The notes: a model not told the origin generated them from the sequence alone. 61,321 nucleotides of DNA, filler included, from 5 parts of 5 records of this genome joined end to end with filler, not necessarily neighbours in it; one strand, 5' to 3'. Positions 38,295 through 49,272 are shown, numbered from the whole stretch's first letter. Made by a program: numbers and translations.

Positions 38295-38969
38295 CGCCGT
38301 TGCCCCTTCTGCGATGTGGGCCACGGTCGCCCCGATCCGCTCGATGAAAACGAACCCCTGAATTTGGCAAAAACAATCGCAGCCCTGCGCTTGAACTACG
38401 TGGTGATTACCAGCGTAGACCGCGATGACCTGCGTGATGGTGGCGCCGGTCACTTTGTGGCCTGTATTGAAAAAACCCGTGAATTATCACCCAACACCAA
38501 AATCGAAATTCTGGTGCCCGACTTCCGAGGCCGCCTGGACCGTGCGCTGGGAATTTTGAATGCTGCCCCGCCCGATGTCATGAACCACAACCTGGAAACC
38601 ACCGAGCGCCTGTACAAGGAAGCCCGTCCGGGGTCAGACTACAAACACTCGCTGAAGCTGCTGCAAGAATTCAAAAAAGCGCACCCCAACACGCCCACCA
38701 AAAGCGGAATCATGGTGGGCTTGGGCGAAACCGACGAGGAAATTTTGCAAGTGATGCGCGACATGCGCGAGCACCAAGTGGACATGATCACGATTGGCCA
38801 ATACCTGGCACCCTCAGGCCACCACTTGCCAGTGCGCCGCTATGTGCACCCCGATGTATTCAAAATGTTTGAAGAGAAAGCCTATGAAATGGGCTTTACG
38901 CACGCAGCTGTTGGGGCAATGGTTCGCAGTTCATACCATGCGGATGAGCAGGCACACGGTTTGGTGTAA
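38295..38969 (+). CDS. lipA: Lipoyl synthase, 5'-truncated
   Basis: RRCPFCDV (radical SAM motif remnant), [28 protein letters not shown]. Confidence 0.95.
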   Translation, partial: RRCPFCDVGHGRPDPLDENEPLNLAKTIAALRLNYVVITSVDRDDLRDGGAGHFVACIEKTRELSPNTKIEILVPDFRGRLDRALGILNAAPPDVMNHNLETTERLYKEARPGSDYKHSLKLLQEFKKAHPNTPTKSGIMVGLGETDEEILQVMRDMREHQVDMITIGQYLAPSGHHLPVRRYVHPDVFKMFEEKAYEMGFTHAAVGAMVRSSYHADEQAHGLV

Positions 38970-39440
38970 CTAATTGCGAAACTGCCCGGCGCTAATAAAC
39001 TCGCCAAAGCGTTCACACCACACCACAGCAGCGCTGTATTGTTGCAAATCAGTGTTGGGTGGAAGGTCGAGAATGAATCCGCCAAAGGTTTTTACCGACC
39101 CCACTTGCAGGGACTGGCTTTTAATCTCCAAAAAGCCCGCCTCGTCCTCTACAAATTTTGGCACCAGGTACAAGTAATAATCGGGCCCTGGTGAGAGCTC
39201 GCCCTCGAACACAGCTTGGCTGGCCGACAAGGTCAAACGGCCTTCTCCCCAATGCAAAAAGTCGCTGCCTTTCAGGTCGCGTTTGAATTCTGTCGAGAAC
39301 AGTGCCCCGCTTTGCGATGCGGTAATCGCTTCAGCAGCTGGGCCTTCAGGTTCTACAAGAATGGGCAGCAAATAAATGCCCAAGGCAACACCAACAATCA
39401 GCGCGCCGGCATGGGTAATCAACAGGAGAATTTTTTTCAT
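38970..39440 (-). CDS. DM13 domain-containing protein
   Basis: N-terminal membrane anchor; HWGEG, PGPDYYLYL and VVWCERFGEFI motifs. Confidence 0.82.
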   Translation of the reverse strand: MKKILLLITHAGALIVGVALGIYLLPILVEPEGPAAEAITASQSGALFSTEFKRDLKGSDFLHWGEGRLTLSASQAVFEGELSPGPDYYLYLVPKFVEDEAGFLEIKSQSLQVGSVKTFGGFILDLPPNTDLQQYSAAVVWCERFGEFISAGQFRN

Positions 39441-39517
39441 GGTGTTTCAAGCCCTCAGGGAGTGAACTTGTCAATTCGCTCCCTGGGCTCAAAACGTTTC
39501 ACATGCAGATGAATAAT

Positions 39518-40525
39518 TTACAGTTCACGCTTGTCGGCGCACTCGCCCAGGCTTGCGTCTAGCCGGCAACGAATACGCTTCAAAATTTTCATCATCTCGG
39601 GATCGTAGAAACCGTCTGCAGTCATTTGAATTCGGGATTCACGCATCAGCACATCGTACTTTTCGCGATCACCAGCGGGAATATCCAGCCACGCAGCAGC
39701 AGGCACGGCTTTCTCAGACGTATCGACCAAGGCAATGGCGCGGTCAAATTGTTGCTGAATCCAAACCCGCGACTTTTGCCCAAAGCCCTCGGGAAATTTG
39801 TCTTTGCGGATCAAAATATTTGCGGTTAGCTGCACCAAGGGAAAGCGGTAAATACCCCCCTTGCTGCCAATGCCTTTGTACAACTCAAGCGGCTGGTAAG
39901 CAATGGCTGGTGCAGCAATAATATCTACCTGCCCGTTGTTGAATTTGGTGCCAAAGTTGATCACCTCGCTGGCCACGGGTTGCGCGCCCAACTGTTGCAC
40001 CATTTTGGCTTGCGATTTGTCGTAGTCCAGCACCGCAATTTTTTTGCCCGCCGCTTTTTCAACTGAATTAATGGCCCTGTCGTTCACCATCACATACGCA
40101 GCGCCAATCGGCAAAATACCCGCCACCTCAAACAGGCCCGAGGTCATTTTGTCATTCAGCTTTGGGCTGCTCATCAGGTCGATGACCGTGCGCAAGTGCT
40201 TGTAGGTGGGCACCGCGCCAATGGAGTCGATGCTGCCCACAAACTTGTTGAACTGCCTGCCACGCAAAGTAGAAATGGCTGCCGCATCGCATTTGCCGGT
40301 TTTGAAATCTTCGGCGGCCAGGCGTTCGTCGACATACGCTTCCAGTTCAATATTGGCACCCCAGCCCTTGGCCGCCACCGCATAATCGCGCGCTTGCGCA
40401 AAGGCGGGCCCACTGCGCCCTGCAATGTCGAAAATACACATTTTGATTGTGGAGGCTTGGGCTTGTGCCGGGAAAGCGAGGCTGGCGCCCAGCAATACGA
40501 GTGCTGCAGCTTTGGTGGTGTTCAT
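39518..40525 (-). CDS. Putative periplasmic solute-binding protein (DctP-fold, AdeT/DUF6091-like)
   Basis: Signal peptide; CIFDIAGRSG, AAEDFKTGKCD, KFNNGQVD, YQPLELYKG; C-terminal Cys pair. Confidence 0.75.
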   Translation of the reverse strand: MNTTKAAALVLLGASLAFPAQAQASTIKMCIFDIAGRSGPAFAQARDYAVAAKGWGANIELEAYVDERLAAEDFKTGKCDAAAISTLRGRQFNKFVGSIDSIGAVPTYKHLRTVIDLMSSPKLNDKMTSGLFEVAGILPIGAAYVMVNDRAINSVEKAAGKKIAVLDYDKSQAKMVQQLGAQPVASEVINFGTKFNNGQVDIIAAPAIAYQPLELYKGIGSKGGIYRFPLVQLTANILIRKDKFPEGFGQKSRVWIQQQFDRAIALVDTSEKAVPAAAWLDIPAGDREKYDVLMRESRIQMTADGFYDPEMMKILKRIRCRLDASLGECADKREL

Positions 40526-40595
40526 GTCGTCTCCGGTAATTTTGGGCTTTTTTTGTAATGTTTAGCCCTTGAGGAAATTTCATTCTACAGAAGAA

Positions 40596-42269
40596 TTAAT
40601 CCACTTCATTCACTGAGAACCAGGCTGCTGCCAGTCTGTCATTGCAACTGGTGTTGGCGCAGGGGCTGATTCCCTCGAGCGCTTGAACCAGTGGGCCGCT
40701 GTGCGGCGGGTCCGCAGGAATCAAGCCGAATCCGTAGTGGTCCTGAAAGTTCAGGTGCCCGTAGTCTCTTGGCTGTTCTGTCACCACCACCAGGAACTGG
40801 TTTTCTCCGGCAGGGCCTGCGGCTTGAATGGGTTCATTGGCCGGAGGCAATCGCATAGGCTTGTTGGCTTGAATGGCCAAGGCTGGAACGCGAACATTTG
40901 GCAACAACTGAATCAGCGAGTTGTCACTGGCACGAACATACACCGCCACAAAACCCGAAACAGGGGACTCAATCTGAAAGCGCAATAGATCTTGACCAAT
41001 TTTCAGTGTTGTTTGCTCCATTTGAATCGTGAGTGAAGTGTCAGCCTTGTCAATCACGGCTTGAAACGATGGGTCCAAATTGTTGGTCAGCGCCGGGCTG
41101 ATTTGTATGGTGTCTGATGAAAGTACCGTTGCTGGAACAACAGCAGTCTTTTCGGTTTCAGCATTTTCCGCCAAGGGCGGAGCATTTAGATCAAAAATGA
41201 ATACTGCAAGCAGCGCGGTAAAGGCAACCGCAGCTGCAATCACGCTGCCTCCACGCTTCATCGACTTCGTTGAATGAAGTCGTTTGGGTGGTGCTTCCGG
41301 TTGGGGGTGGGCTACCTGATCATACAGGCTCAGAATGTCTTGTGTTTCGGTTTGCAAAGCCTGCCGAAACAGCGACATGCTGGCGGTGCGGTCTTGTGGC
41401 TGCACTGCCAGTGCATCGTCAATGGCCTTTTTTACATGCGGGCTGTAGGGCAATTCCGGTCGTTCATGCAAGGGCAGGTAGCTGTCATTCACCAGTCGTC
41501 CGACTGAAGAAGGCGGTGTTTTTCCGGTCATCAAGAAGTGAGCAACTGCTGCCAGTGCGTACACATCTGTCCAGGCACCTTGGGTCATGGAAGGCACTTC
41601 GGCATACTGCTCAATCGGTGCGTAACTCGCTTTGAGAATCACGGTGAATGGTTGCGACACACTGCCAATGGCTCGGCGCGCTGCACCAAAGTCCAGCAAG
41701 ATGGGCAGGTCAGTGTTGTCTTGAATAATGATGTTCTCTGGCGAAATATCCCGGTGATAGCATTGCTGCGAATGCATTACCTCCAGTGCCTCGGTCAATA
41801 CAAGCAGCCAATTCACCAGTTGTTCCTGCGCCAGCGGGGCAGCGTGGTTCTCGGCATACTGTTTCAGGTTCATGCCTTGGTACAGTGGCATCACCATGTA
41901 AGCCGTTCCGGCCATTTCCCAAAACCGGTACACCTTCACCAGCGCAGCATGGTCAAATTGTGCCAGCAGGCGAGCTTCATTGATAAAACTTCGCATGCCA
42001 GCATCAAAGGTGCTTTTATGGCGTGCCTCACGCACTTTCACAGCGCCACCCGGAATGCGTTGGGCCAATGAAGCCGGCAAATACTCTTTCAAGGCCACTT
42101 GTCGTTCAAGCATTGGATCAAGTGCTTTGTACACAATCCCGAATCCACCCACGCCAATCACATCCTGAATCTCAAATCCTTCAATCCGTGTGCCAACAGG
42201 CAGCGGTTGCTGGCCTGAATCATTGGGTATCACAGGCGCAGCCTGAATAACGGTGTTCTCGTTCATCAT
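40596..42269 (-). CDS. ppkA: T6SS-associated membrane Ser/Thr kinase (PpkA-like) with C-terminal DUF4384-like domain
   Basis: IGVGGFGIVY, VALKEY, HRDISPEN, DFG and YAPIEQ; one TM helix; ATGA overlap with tagF sets the start at 42269. Confidence 0.85.
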   Translation of the reverse strand: MMNENTVIQAAPVIPNDSGQQPLPVGTRIEGFEIQDVIGVGGFGIVYKALDPMLERQVALKEYLPASLAQRIPGGAVKVREARHKSTFDAGMRSFINEARLLAQFDHAALVKVYRFWEMAGTAYMVMPLYQGMNLKQYAENHAAPLAQEQLVNWLLVLTEALEVMHSQQCYHRDISPENIIIQDNTDLPILLDFGAARRAIGSVSQPFTVILKASYAPIEQYAEVPSMTQGAWTDVYALAAVAHFLMTGKTPPSSVGRLVNDSYLPLHERPELPYSPHVKKAIDDALAVQPQDRTASMSLFRQALQTETQDILSLYDQVAHPQPEAPPKRLHSTKSMKRGGSVIAAAVAFTALLAVFIFDLNAPPLAENAETEKTAVVPATVLSSDTIQISPALTNNLDPSFQAVIDKADTSLTIQMEQTTLKIGQDLLRFQIESPVSGFVAVYVRASDNSLIQLLPNVRVPALAIQANKPMRLPPANEPIQAAGPAGENQFLVVVTEQPRDYGHLNFQDHYGFGLIPADPPHSGPLVQALEGISPCANTSCNDRLAAAWFSVNEVD

Positions 42270-42874
42270 GGTGCGGTGCCAAGTCCAAGCAAGGTATTGA
42301 AATCGTGGCTTGCAGGCAAGCCGTCGCATTGAAGTACTGCCTTGATTGCACCGCCGTAGTCAATTTCGAACCAATGGCTTTGTGCGTCTCCGACCTGCAT
42401 GGAATCTTTGCTTGCCGACTCATCCATACATAGCGCAAGAGATGCTGACTTCAATTCAAACTTGTTCAGGCACCAGTCCTCGTTCAAGGCGTCCGCGCAC
42501 AAAGTGTGGGCTTGTTGAAACCACAGTGCGAGTGATTCAAAAACAAGTTTATCCAGGCTGCATGAAGGCAGTTCTTGAAGTAAAACAAATGGAAATGCCC
42601 GCCCGGCTTTGTCGACCGAGGGCATCAAGACGCCGATCGCCGCATTGTTGTGAAACTCGGGTGTCACTCGTGGGCCCCACACAAATCCGTGTACAGGCAT
42701 TTGGAAATACGCGTTTGCCCACGCGTCTCCGTGTACCGCCTGGCCCTCTTGAATGGTGCTGCTCAGCCAAAGGTCAAGTGTTTCAAGTAGTCCGGCAGGC
42801 ATGTTGTGGCTGCAAAAATCGCCCACACAGGGCAGTTTGCCAAACCAGCAAAGTTTTTCAGCATGGGTGTTCAT
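42266..42874 (-). CDS. tagF: T6SS-associated protein TagF
   Basis: WFGKLPCVGDF and LMPSVDKAGRAFPF signatures. Confidence 0.92.
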   Translation of the reverse strand: MNTHAEKLCWFGKLPCVGDFCSHNMPAGLLETLDLWLSSTIQEGQAVHGDAWANAYFQMPVHGFVWGPRVTPEFHNNAAIGVLMPSVDKAGRAFPFVLLQELPSCSLDKLVFESLALWFQQAHTLCADALNEDWCLNKFELKSASLALCMDESASKDSMQVGDAQSHWFEIDYGGAIKAVLQCDGLPASHDFNTLLGLGTAP

Positions 42875-45800
42875 AAATTGCCTGGGCAGCGGAATTGTTT
42901 TAGCTCGGTGAGCCGCAGCGGGTTGAAGGCAGAATTGGCCAGTACTTCAAACTCAAATTGTTTTCCATCCAGATTGAAAGTCGCCCTGAATTTCTCTGGT
43001 CGCTCTGTGTTCTGAATTTGAGCTGCATCGAAAAGACGGAACAGCGCCCAAGGTCCGTTGTATGTTTTGTAGTTTCCCTCTGAGGCCCGAACACGCAATG
43101 TGGTTGAAGGCGATTGCCCGCCCCATTGAATTCGGTGCGTGGGCTGAAACTGTTTCGAGAACATTTTCAAGTCGCCATTTGTTTCAAGGTAAAAGACATC
43201 GCCAGGGTTGCTGGCGTTGATCAAACGCATTTCTACATCGAAGCTTGCAGTCGGTTTGCTGCCTGGAAAAAACACATCGCGAATACGCGCTGCGCGCTGA
43301 AACTGCACCAGAGAAGGATTGGCCTGTGGTGCAGAACCGTCACTCAAGGGTTTCAGCGTCCAGTTCGCGCCACCTGTGTCGACCACGCTCGCCAAGCGGC
43401 TTGCAAAGAACTGATCCATCAGGCCTCCGGGCCCAAAGAACCGGGCGAAGTCGTCTGTCAACACGTCCAGACCTGAGCCGGGGTGAATTGGATAACGGTT
43501 TGTCACGGTGCGTCTGCACACCTCTTGCAGTGGGCGCAGGTCTGCTGTCAAATTCGCCCGTTCTGCGGCACGTCCTTGAGCGCTGCCTTGCCCCGCCAAT
43601 TGACCAACAATCGCACGCACGGGCTCAGGCAGCACGCCAGCACCCACCAGCAGCGAGTCCAACGCAGAAGCAGGTGGGGGTGGAACCTTGCTTTTCTTTG
43701 CGCTGGAAACAGCTGCCAATTGTGCATACAAATCGTTCAACAAGGTTGCCACCTGGGCGTAGGCAGGCGGGTTGCCCTCAAACAGATTGTTGATGTCGCT
43801 GAAGTGGTCGTCCACTTGCTGTTCGAGCGGAACCTCGAAGTCGACAGGTTTGAAGTCTGACCCAGCCAGTAGAGCCACATTGGGTGACAGTGCCTGATTG
43901 GCTTTTTGGTTGGCAAGTGCTTCGGCTTTTTCGCCGGCCTTGCTCATGCCAGAAGCCAGTCGAGTATGTGTTGAAACTCCCTCGAGAAACTTTTTCAGGG
44001 GTGATTGCGGCGAGGCCAGTACGCGGGCCAAATCGACGGCCTGGTCAAATTGTGCAGGTTTTAGAATTTGTACATCTTTCAGGTAGGTGTCCCAGGTGCG
44101 AATATAGTCCCGAACATAAAGCTGACGGGCCTGTTGAAGCAGTGCTTTGGAATTCAGCTCACTGGCCCGGTTGTCTGTGGAAGTGTCCCCCATCACCCAG
44201 CTTGATTCCTGACGCAGGCGGTCCGCTTCAACGGGCAATTTCGCCAGAAAATAGCTGACATAGCCTTGGCGCGTATACAGGGCGTCCACCCCCTGGTTCA
44301 GTGATTGCCCACTGGGTCGATTGAAAATTCCAGCGGCACTGATACCAACAGTTTTGATCAAATTGAAATCTGCACCCGGTTGCGGCTTGAAGAACCGCTG
44401 CATGCGTTTGTACAAGCGTTCATCCAGCGCCTGGGCACCGATGATTTGGCGAGCGGTATCGATCAGCTCTTGATCTTTGGGTGGAAGGCTATTGGGTGCT
44501 CCCAGGTGAATTGCTGCCTCCAGGTGTAAACCAGCCGAATCCCGCAGTTCGGGCTCATAAGCCACAAAAACATTTTGCTGCCAGTCATACACCACCCAAG
44601 TCGACAAGGCTTCTGCATCATAGTGCTTGGGTGTGTGAATCATCACATAGGCTTTCAGAGATTCATATGCCAGTTCCATGTCCTGATTCAAGGCATTCCG
44701 CAACCGGTCTTCAAGGCGCTTGGCCACCCGGGGTATTAGCGCATTCGCCAGGGAATTCCGATAGGCAATTTGTTCGGCCTGTTGAAGCTTTTCATCCTGA
44801 TTCAGGCCCAAGGTGTGGTTCACTGCGTCGGGGTTTGCCTGGGCTACCGCGCGCAAATCATTCAGCGCCTTGAACAATTCCTGCAGCGGTGCCTGTGCTT
44901 CTGTTGGCAAGTTGGCGGTTTGCGCAGCCAGTGCAGTGCTCCGTTCTAGTGTCTGTGCTATGGCTTCACTGTTGTTGCCGTGGCTAATCCACCACCCCAA
45001 AGACAACAATGAAAACCCAATCACTGCCACTGCGATCGTGCTGAAATAAACCAACTGCTCGAGAAGGGCTTTCTTTTTCACATAGGCAGCCAGGTGCTGT
45101 TCTGCAAACACCACTTGCGACAACACATCACGAATGAAAAAACTTTTGCCGGGACCTTTGGCCGTTGTGCCTTCAGCTGGATTGTTGGCCATCGCTGATG
45201 CAATTCGATCGAACACATTGCCGTCTTGTGTGCCGCTGGTTAAATAAACACCGCGCAGTGTCACCTGTTTTTCAAAAGGACTGTCCGACTGAAAGGCCAC
45301 TCTCAACAGGTCTTCGATGGCGGGCTTCAATTGGGCCACAGCCAAGGGAAACTCAAACAGCTTTGTACATTTGTAGGCTTGTTCTTCCCGTTCCAGTCGA
45401 GCGTTTAACTGAGCGCTCAGTTTCTCCACCATCTGGCCCAGAGCCTGTGGCAAATCCTTGCTTAGCGTGATGCTCAAATTGTTGGGGTGCTCGAAGTTCA
45501 CGCCCCATGCCTTTGCGCGTTCCGTTTCACTCAGGCGACCAAAGGTTTCCTTGAAACCACAGAGCAAATCCAGCTTGGTTACAAGCACGTAAACCGGCGG
45601 GCACATGCCCAGGGTGCGAATCATCTCCTGCAAACGCAAGGCAATTTTTGCAGCGGTTTCCTTTCGCTTTGCTTCAACGTCCAGTAACTCTTGAATACTC
45701 AAGGTCAGAAGCACACCATTGACTGGCTGCTTCGGTCTGTGTTTTTTCAGCAGACCCAAAAAAGAATTCCAGCCCGCAGCATCGGTGTTCTGATCGGAAT

Positions 45801-46344
45801 CTTGCGTGGTGAAACGGCCTGCTGTGTCTATCAACACCGCTTTGTCTGTAAACCACCAGTCGCAGTTTCGCGTGCCGCCCACACCCTTGACGGATTCCTT
45901 GCCCAAGGGGTCTTGTAATGGAAAACGAAGCCCGGCGTTTTTCAGTGCCGTGGTTTTTCCACTGCCGGGTGGGCCCACAATCACATACCATGGCAACTCG
46001 TACAAGCCGGGTTTGCTAAGGTACCAAGCCTTGCGGGATTGATGCTGCCTCAGCGTTTCCACGGCCTGTTTGAATATGTCATGCAGTTTGGCGGCTTGCA
46101 TCTGAGATTGCTCATCCTGACGAGTCAGCCCTGCTTTCAATGCATGTTCAGCTTTGTGAACTCTCCACCATCGCCAGGCCAGGGGGCCAAATACCAGTGC
46201 GAAAATCAGCAGGCTTAGTGTGCTTCGAATCCAGATGCCGGCAAAAGGCTGCGAATCGCCAATAGAAACAATTGGACCCACAAGCCAAATCAAGGCCAGA
46301 AAACCAATGAATGCCAATAGGCTGAGTACAAATTTCAAAAGCAT
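42871..46344 (-). CDS. tssM: T6SS membrane subunit TssM (IcmF)
   Basis: LYELPWYVIVGPPGSGKTT Walker A, GTRNCDWWF, IDTAGRF, RGVYLTSGTQ, GPWALFRLFD. Confidence 0.95.
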   Translation of the reverse strand: MLLKFVLSLLAFIGFLALIWLVGPIVSIGDSQPFAGIWIRSTLSLLIFALVFGPLAWRWWRVHKAEHALKAGLTRQDEQSQMQAAKLHDIFKQAVETLRQHQSRKAWYLSKPGLYELPWYVIVGPPGSGKTTALKNAGLRFPLQDPLGKESVKGVGGTRNCDWWFTDKAVLIDTAGRFTTQDSDQNTDAAGWNSFLGLLKKHRPKQPVNGVLLTLSIQELLDVEAKRKETAAKIALRLQEMIRTLGMCPPVYVLVTKLDLLCGFKETFGRLSETERAKAWGVNFEHPNNLSITLSKDLPQALGQMVEKLSAQLNARLEREEQAYKCTKLFEFPLAVAQLKPAIEDLLRVAFQSDSPFEKQVTLRGVYLTSGTQDGNVFDRIASAMANNPAEGTTAKGPGKSFFIRDVLSQVVFAEQHLAAYVKKKALLEQLVYFSTIAVAVIGFSLLSLGWWISHGNNSEAIAQTLERSTALAAQTANLPTEAQAPLQELFKALNDLRAVAQANPDAVNHTLGLNQDEKLQQAEQIAYRNSLANALIPRVAKRLEDRLRNALNQDMELAYESLKAYVMIHTPKHYDAEALSTWVVYDWQQNVFVAYEPELRDSAGLHLEAAIHLGAPNSLPPKDQELIDTARQIIGAQALDERLYKRMQRFFKPQPGADFNLIKTVGISAAGIFNRPSGQSLNQGVDALYTRQGYVSYFLAKLPVEADRLRQESSWVMGDTSTDNRASELNSKALLQQARQLYVRDYIRTWDTYLKDVQILKPAQFDQAVDLARVLASPQSPLKKFLEGVSTHTRLASGMSKAGEKAEALANQKANQALSPNVALLAGSDFKPVDFEVPLEQQVDDHFSDINNLFEGNPPAYAQVATLLNDLYAQLAAVSSAKKSKVPPPPASALDSLLVGAGVLPEPVRAIVGQLAGQGSAQGRAAERANLTADLRPLQEVCRRTVTNRYPIHPGSGLDVLTDDFARFFGPGGLMDQFFASRLASVVDTGGANWTLKPLSDGSAPQANPSLVQFQRAARIRDVFFPGSKPTASFDVEMRLINASNPGDVFYLETNGDLKMFSKQFQPTHRIQWGGQSPSTTLRVRASEGNYKTYNGPWALFRLFDAAQIQNTERPEKFRATFNLDGKQFEFEVLANSAFNPLRLTELKQFRCPGNL

Positions 46345-46387
46345 GTTGAATACCTGGTGATGTGGAGTTCGAGATTCAGCGCAGCCT

Positions 46388-47752
46388 TCATTGGTTGTGA
46401 ATCAGCATGATCTCGACACGACGATTTCTTGCTCGGCCTTGCGCGCTGTCATTGGGTGCGATCGGGTTGGCAGCCCCCGCGCCTTCAGTGGCAATTGCAG
46501 TGTTGGGAAGAAATGTGGCGATGCGTTGGCCCACATGTTCCGCGCGTTCCGCGGACAGCTGCCAGTTCGATGGAAAGCGAATGGATCGAATAGGTTGGTT
46601 GTCGGTGTAGCCTGTCACCGTGATCTGCCCCGGGTGTAGCGCAAGTTCTCTGGCCACTTTCTCCACCAGCGGAATTGCGCTGTCATTCAATTCAGCACTG
46701 CCGGAGTTGAACAAACCGTCGCCAGTCAGAATCAGGGTTGATTTGTTGCCGATTTGTTTCAGGGTGAGCAATCCTGCAACAATTTCTTCTCGCAGTTGAA
46801 TGGGCAATTCAAGCCCCTGTGTTACTGGAACGGGCATACTCTGAGCCTGCGCGAATTGGGGTGAGGGAAATTGAATGGATACAATTTCCGCAAACGCATG
46901 ATCCGATTGGGTATTCAAGTTGAAATACAATCCGAGGAAAAACAAGGCACCCAAAGTGCTCAGGGCACTGATTGGTAACCACAATGGAATTTGGCGCATT
47001 CGCCTGTTGTTGCCGGGTGCCTTCGATTGCCAGAAGTCGGGGTGAAGACTGGTTGGCGTGTCGGTTGAATTGGGTTGAACCAATTGAAACAGACGGGTTT
47101 TCAATTGACTTAAAGCAAGGTCGCCACCCTGTTCAATCTTGTATTTGCCTTTGAATCCAAAGCTGAGAATCACAGCCATCACTTCCAGCAAATCCCGATT
47201 CTCGGAAGGGTTTTGCATCAACTTCTGAATCAGCGCGAAAATCTTTTCCCCGCCCCAGGTTTCACTGAAAAACTGCAACAGCAAACTGTGATTGGCCCAT
47301 TGGCCCGAGCCACCCCATGGGGTACTGGCGGCACGTTCATCCATGAAGGTACACAGCGCATAACGAATGGACAAACGCTCAGCCTGTACACGCCCAATTT
47401 GTTCCAGTTTCTGATCAAGTTCAGTCAATCCTTTTGACAGGGTGGCCGACAAAGCCTTGTGCGATGGAATATCGCTGAGCGCTCCCATGGTACAGATCAA
47501 GCGCAGCAACGGGCTGGCATGGGCCAGCAGTTTGTTCTGGCTTGCTGTCGGGTTTGCCTGAAGTTGATGCAGCATTTGATCAAAACTGGTTTGCGCTTGC
47601 GTGTCGGGCATCCCCATGCCGGAACCTGAGGTGGTCGATGGCCCCAAAATATTGTCGAGCGACTGAATGGCTGGCGATGCAGGTTTACCCAACCGCGGCT
47701 TGATGATGGTGCGTTCACCACCCAGTGCGAAAAACGGATCATTGGGATTCAT
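46388..47752 (-). CDS. tssL: T6SS TssL (DotU), long form with C-terminal OmpA/MotB peptidoglycan-binding domain
   Basis: RYALCTFMDE, ETWGGEKIF, LSFGFKGKY; TM helix; GYTDN...NWQLSAERA...NRRVEI. Confidence 0.94.
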   Translation of the reverse strand: MNPNDPFFALGGERTIIKPRLGKPASPAIQSLDNILGPSTTSGSGMGMPDTQAQTSFDQMLHQLQANPTASQNKLLAHASPLLRLICTMGALSDIPSHKALSATLSKGLTELDQKLEQIGRVQAERLSIRYALCTFMDERAASTPWGGSGQWANHSLLLQFFSETWGGEKIFALIQKLMQNPSENRDLLEVMAVILSFGFKGKYKIEQGGDLALSQLKTRLFQLVQPNSTDTPTSLHPDFWQSKAPGNNRRMRQIPLWLPISALSTLGALFFLGLYFNLNTQSDHAFAEIVSIQFPSPQFAQAQSMPVPVTQGLELPIQLREEIVAGLLTLKQIGNKSTLILTGDGLFNSGSAELNDSAIPLVEKVARELALHPGQITVTGYTDNQPIRSIRFPSNWQLSAERAEHVGQRIATFLPNTAIATEGAGAANPIAPNDSAQGRARNRRVEIMLIHNQ

Positions 47753-49113
47753 AGCAAACGCTCCTGTTCACGGCGAACAGCCCACAACTCCAGGCGTAGT
47801 TCAGGCAAGTCGCCGGCGTAATGAATCGCAATGTGCCCTGTTTGATCCAGCATTTTCCACAAAGGATCTGTGCGCGTTTCCAGCTGAAAATACAAATGGT
47901 CTGCGTAATAGGGCAAAGCGGCGTGCGCCTGCTGAACATGCTTTAGTCGAACACCCGGAAGGTTCAGATTGACGAGGTCGCGCAATTTCTCAACCGGACC
48001 AATTTTGACAGTGCTTGGAAATTGTCTTTGTACCAACTCCTCGGGTGCCGCAGCATGCACAGTCAGGTAAAAGTGAGCGTTGACCAGCAGGGTTCTGTCG
48101 GTAATTTGACCCAGATGAACACCCGCCTGTTTTTGTATCAAAGGAATTTGTACGGCGTGCTGGTCGTGAAGGCCTGCAAGTGCATTGCGAAGGGCTGTAA
48201 AAACTGCGTCAAAAGCCAAACGCAAATTGTCATGATCGTAGTTGGGCAAGAAGTCGGCTGCGGTGTCGTCACCATACAATGTGACAGCACCCAAACAAGC
48301 CAGAAGTCGCAGGTAGGCAGCCTCAGGATGTACCTGTTTGCTGCGAAGCAGGTGTGCAACAATCAACCGGTGTTGTACGCAAGCTTGCAATAACAAGAAG
48401 TCCCCTATTTCCGAACTGTTGTGGCTTCCCTTGCGCACACGTCGTTGCCGAAGCTGGTTGATTTTACTTTCCAGCAACGCCAGTACAGCTTCCAGTATTC
48501 GGCGAATGTTGGCGTTTTGAAGGCTGCACAAGCAAGGTTCAATGAAAGCATCAACAAGCTGGATTTCTGAACTTCTTGATTCACGAAATTCACAGATCGC
48601 CAGTTGAACATGCCCTTCCTGATGAAGGTGTTCTGCACTTAAAAAAAGATTCAAGCGCGCCAGGTCAACCGCAGAGGGTTCAAGCTCAGGGTCGTAAACA
48701 CTGGAAATTTCAGTGGTTTCGGCCAGGTACTTTAGCGGCGAACGGTTGTTTGTTGGTGCCTCTTCCAGTGTCCAGCCCAAATGCCTCCCCGCCCAGTGGG
48801 GTTTGGCCAGCGAAAGGTAGACCTTTCCGCTTTTCACAGCATTGGCGAAATCAAGACAGGGAGGTGCCGGGTCCTTGTCAGGAATCGAGAAGTGTGTTCC
48901 GTCCGGAAAATACCCTGATGCCTTGAGAATACCCACCTTGCCGGCCAGCAACAGATCAGGGTCCAGCTGTAGCTGATGAAAGCCGTGGTAATGCCCATGA
49001 AAGTGCGCTGTTCGAATATGAATTTCATGGTCGAAATAGCGTTCTTGCTGCTGAAAATGTTGGGGTTGGAGAAAGAGACCTTCACTCCAGATTACACGGC
49101 TGTTTTTAGTCAT
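47749..49113 (-). CDS. tssK: T6SS baseplate subunit TssK
   Basis: VIWSEGLFLQPQHFQQQERY, FPDGT, YDHDNL, LVNLNLPGV, LELWAVR. Confidence 0.94.
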   Translation of the reverse strand: MTKNSRVIWSEGLFLQPQHFQQQERYFDHEIHIRTAHFHGHYHGFHQLQLDPDLLLAGKVGILKASGYFPDGTHFSIPDKDPAPPCLDFANAVKSGKVYLSLAKPHWAGRHLGWTLEEAPTNNRSPLKYLAETTEISSVYDPELEPSAVDLARLNLFLSAEHLHQEGHVQLAICEFRESRSSEIQLVDAFIEPCLCSLQNANIRRILEAVLALLESKINQLRQRRVRKGSHNSSEIGDFLLLQACVQHRLIVAHLLRSKQVHPEAAYLRLLACLGAVTLYGDDTAADFLPNYDHDNLRLAFDAVFTALRNALAGLHDQHAVQIPLIQKQAGVHLGQITDRTLLVNAHFYLTVHAAAPEELVQRQFPSTVKIGPVEKLRDLVNLNLPGVRLKHVQQAHAALPYYADHLYFQLETRTDPLWKMLDQTGHIAIHYAGDLPELRLELWAVRREQERLL

Positions 49114-49272
49114 TTAGGGGGATGAGTTTCACTCTCTGTTGGCTGTGATGTATCACTCGTTGGGCGAATTTTTTCAAAAGGAATAGACTCGTGGCCCAAG
49201 TCGCGAAAAATCCTATCACGAGATTTTTTAAGGTGATTTTTTTACCGATGCCCTACCTATTCCGGAGTAGCT

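Noticed and set aside
46335-46391. ATG overlapping the tssL stop but out of frame with tssM, a possible frameshift
   Set aside because: It opens only an 18-codon ORF; tssM has its own ATG at 46344 after AGGT and a complete N-terminal membrane region.
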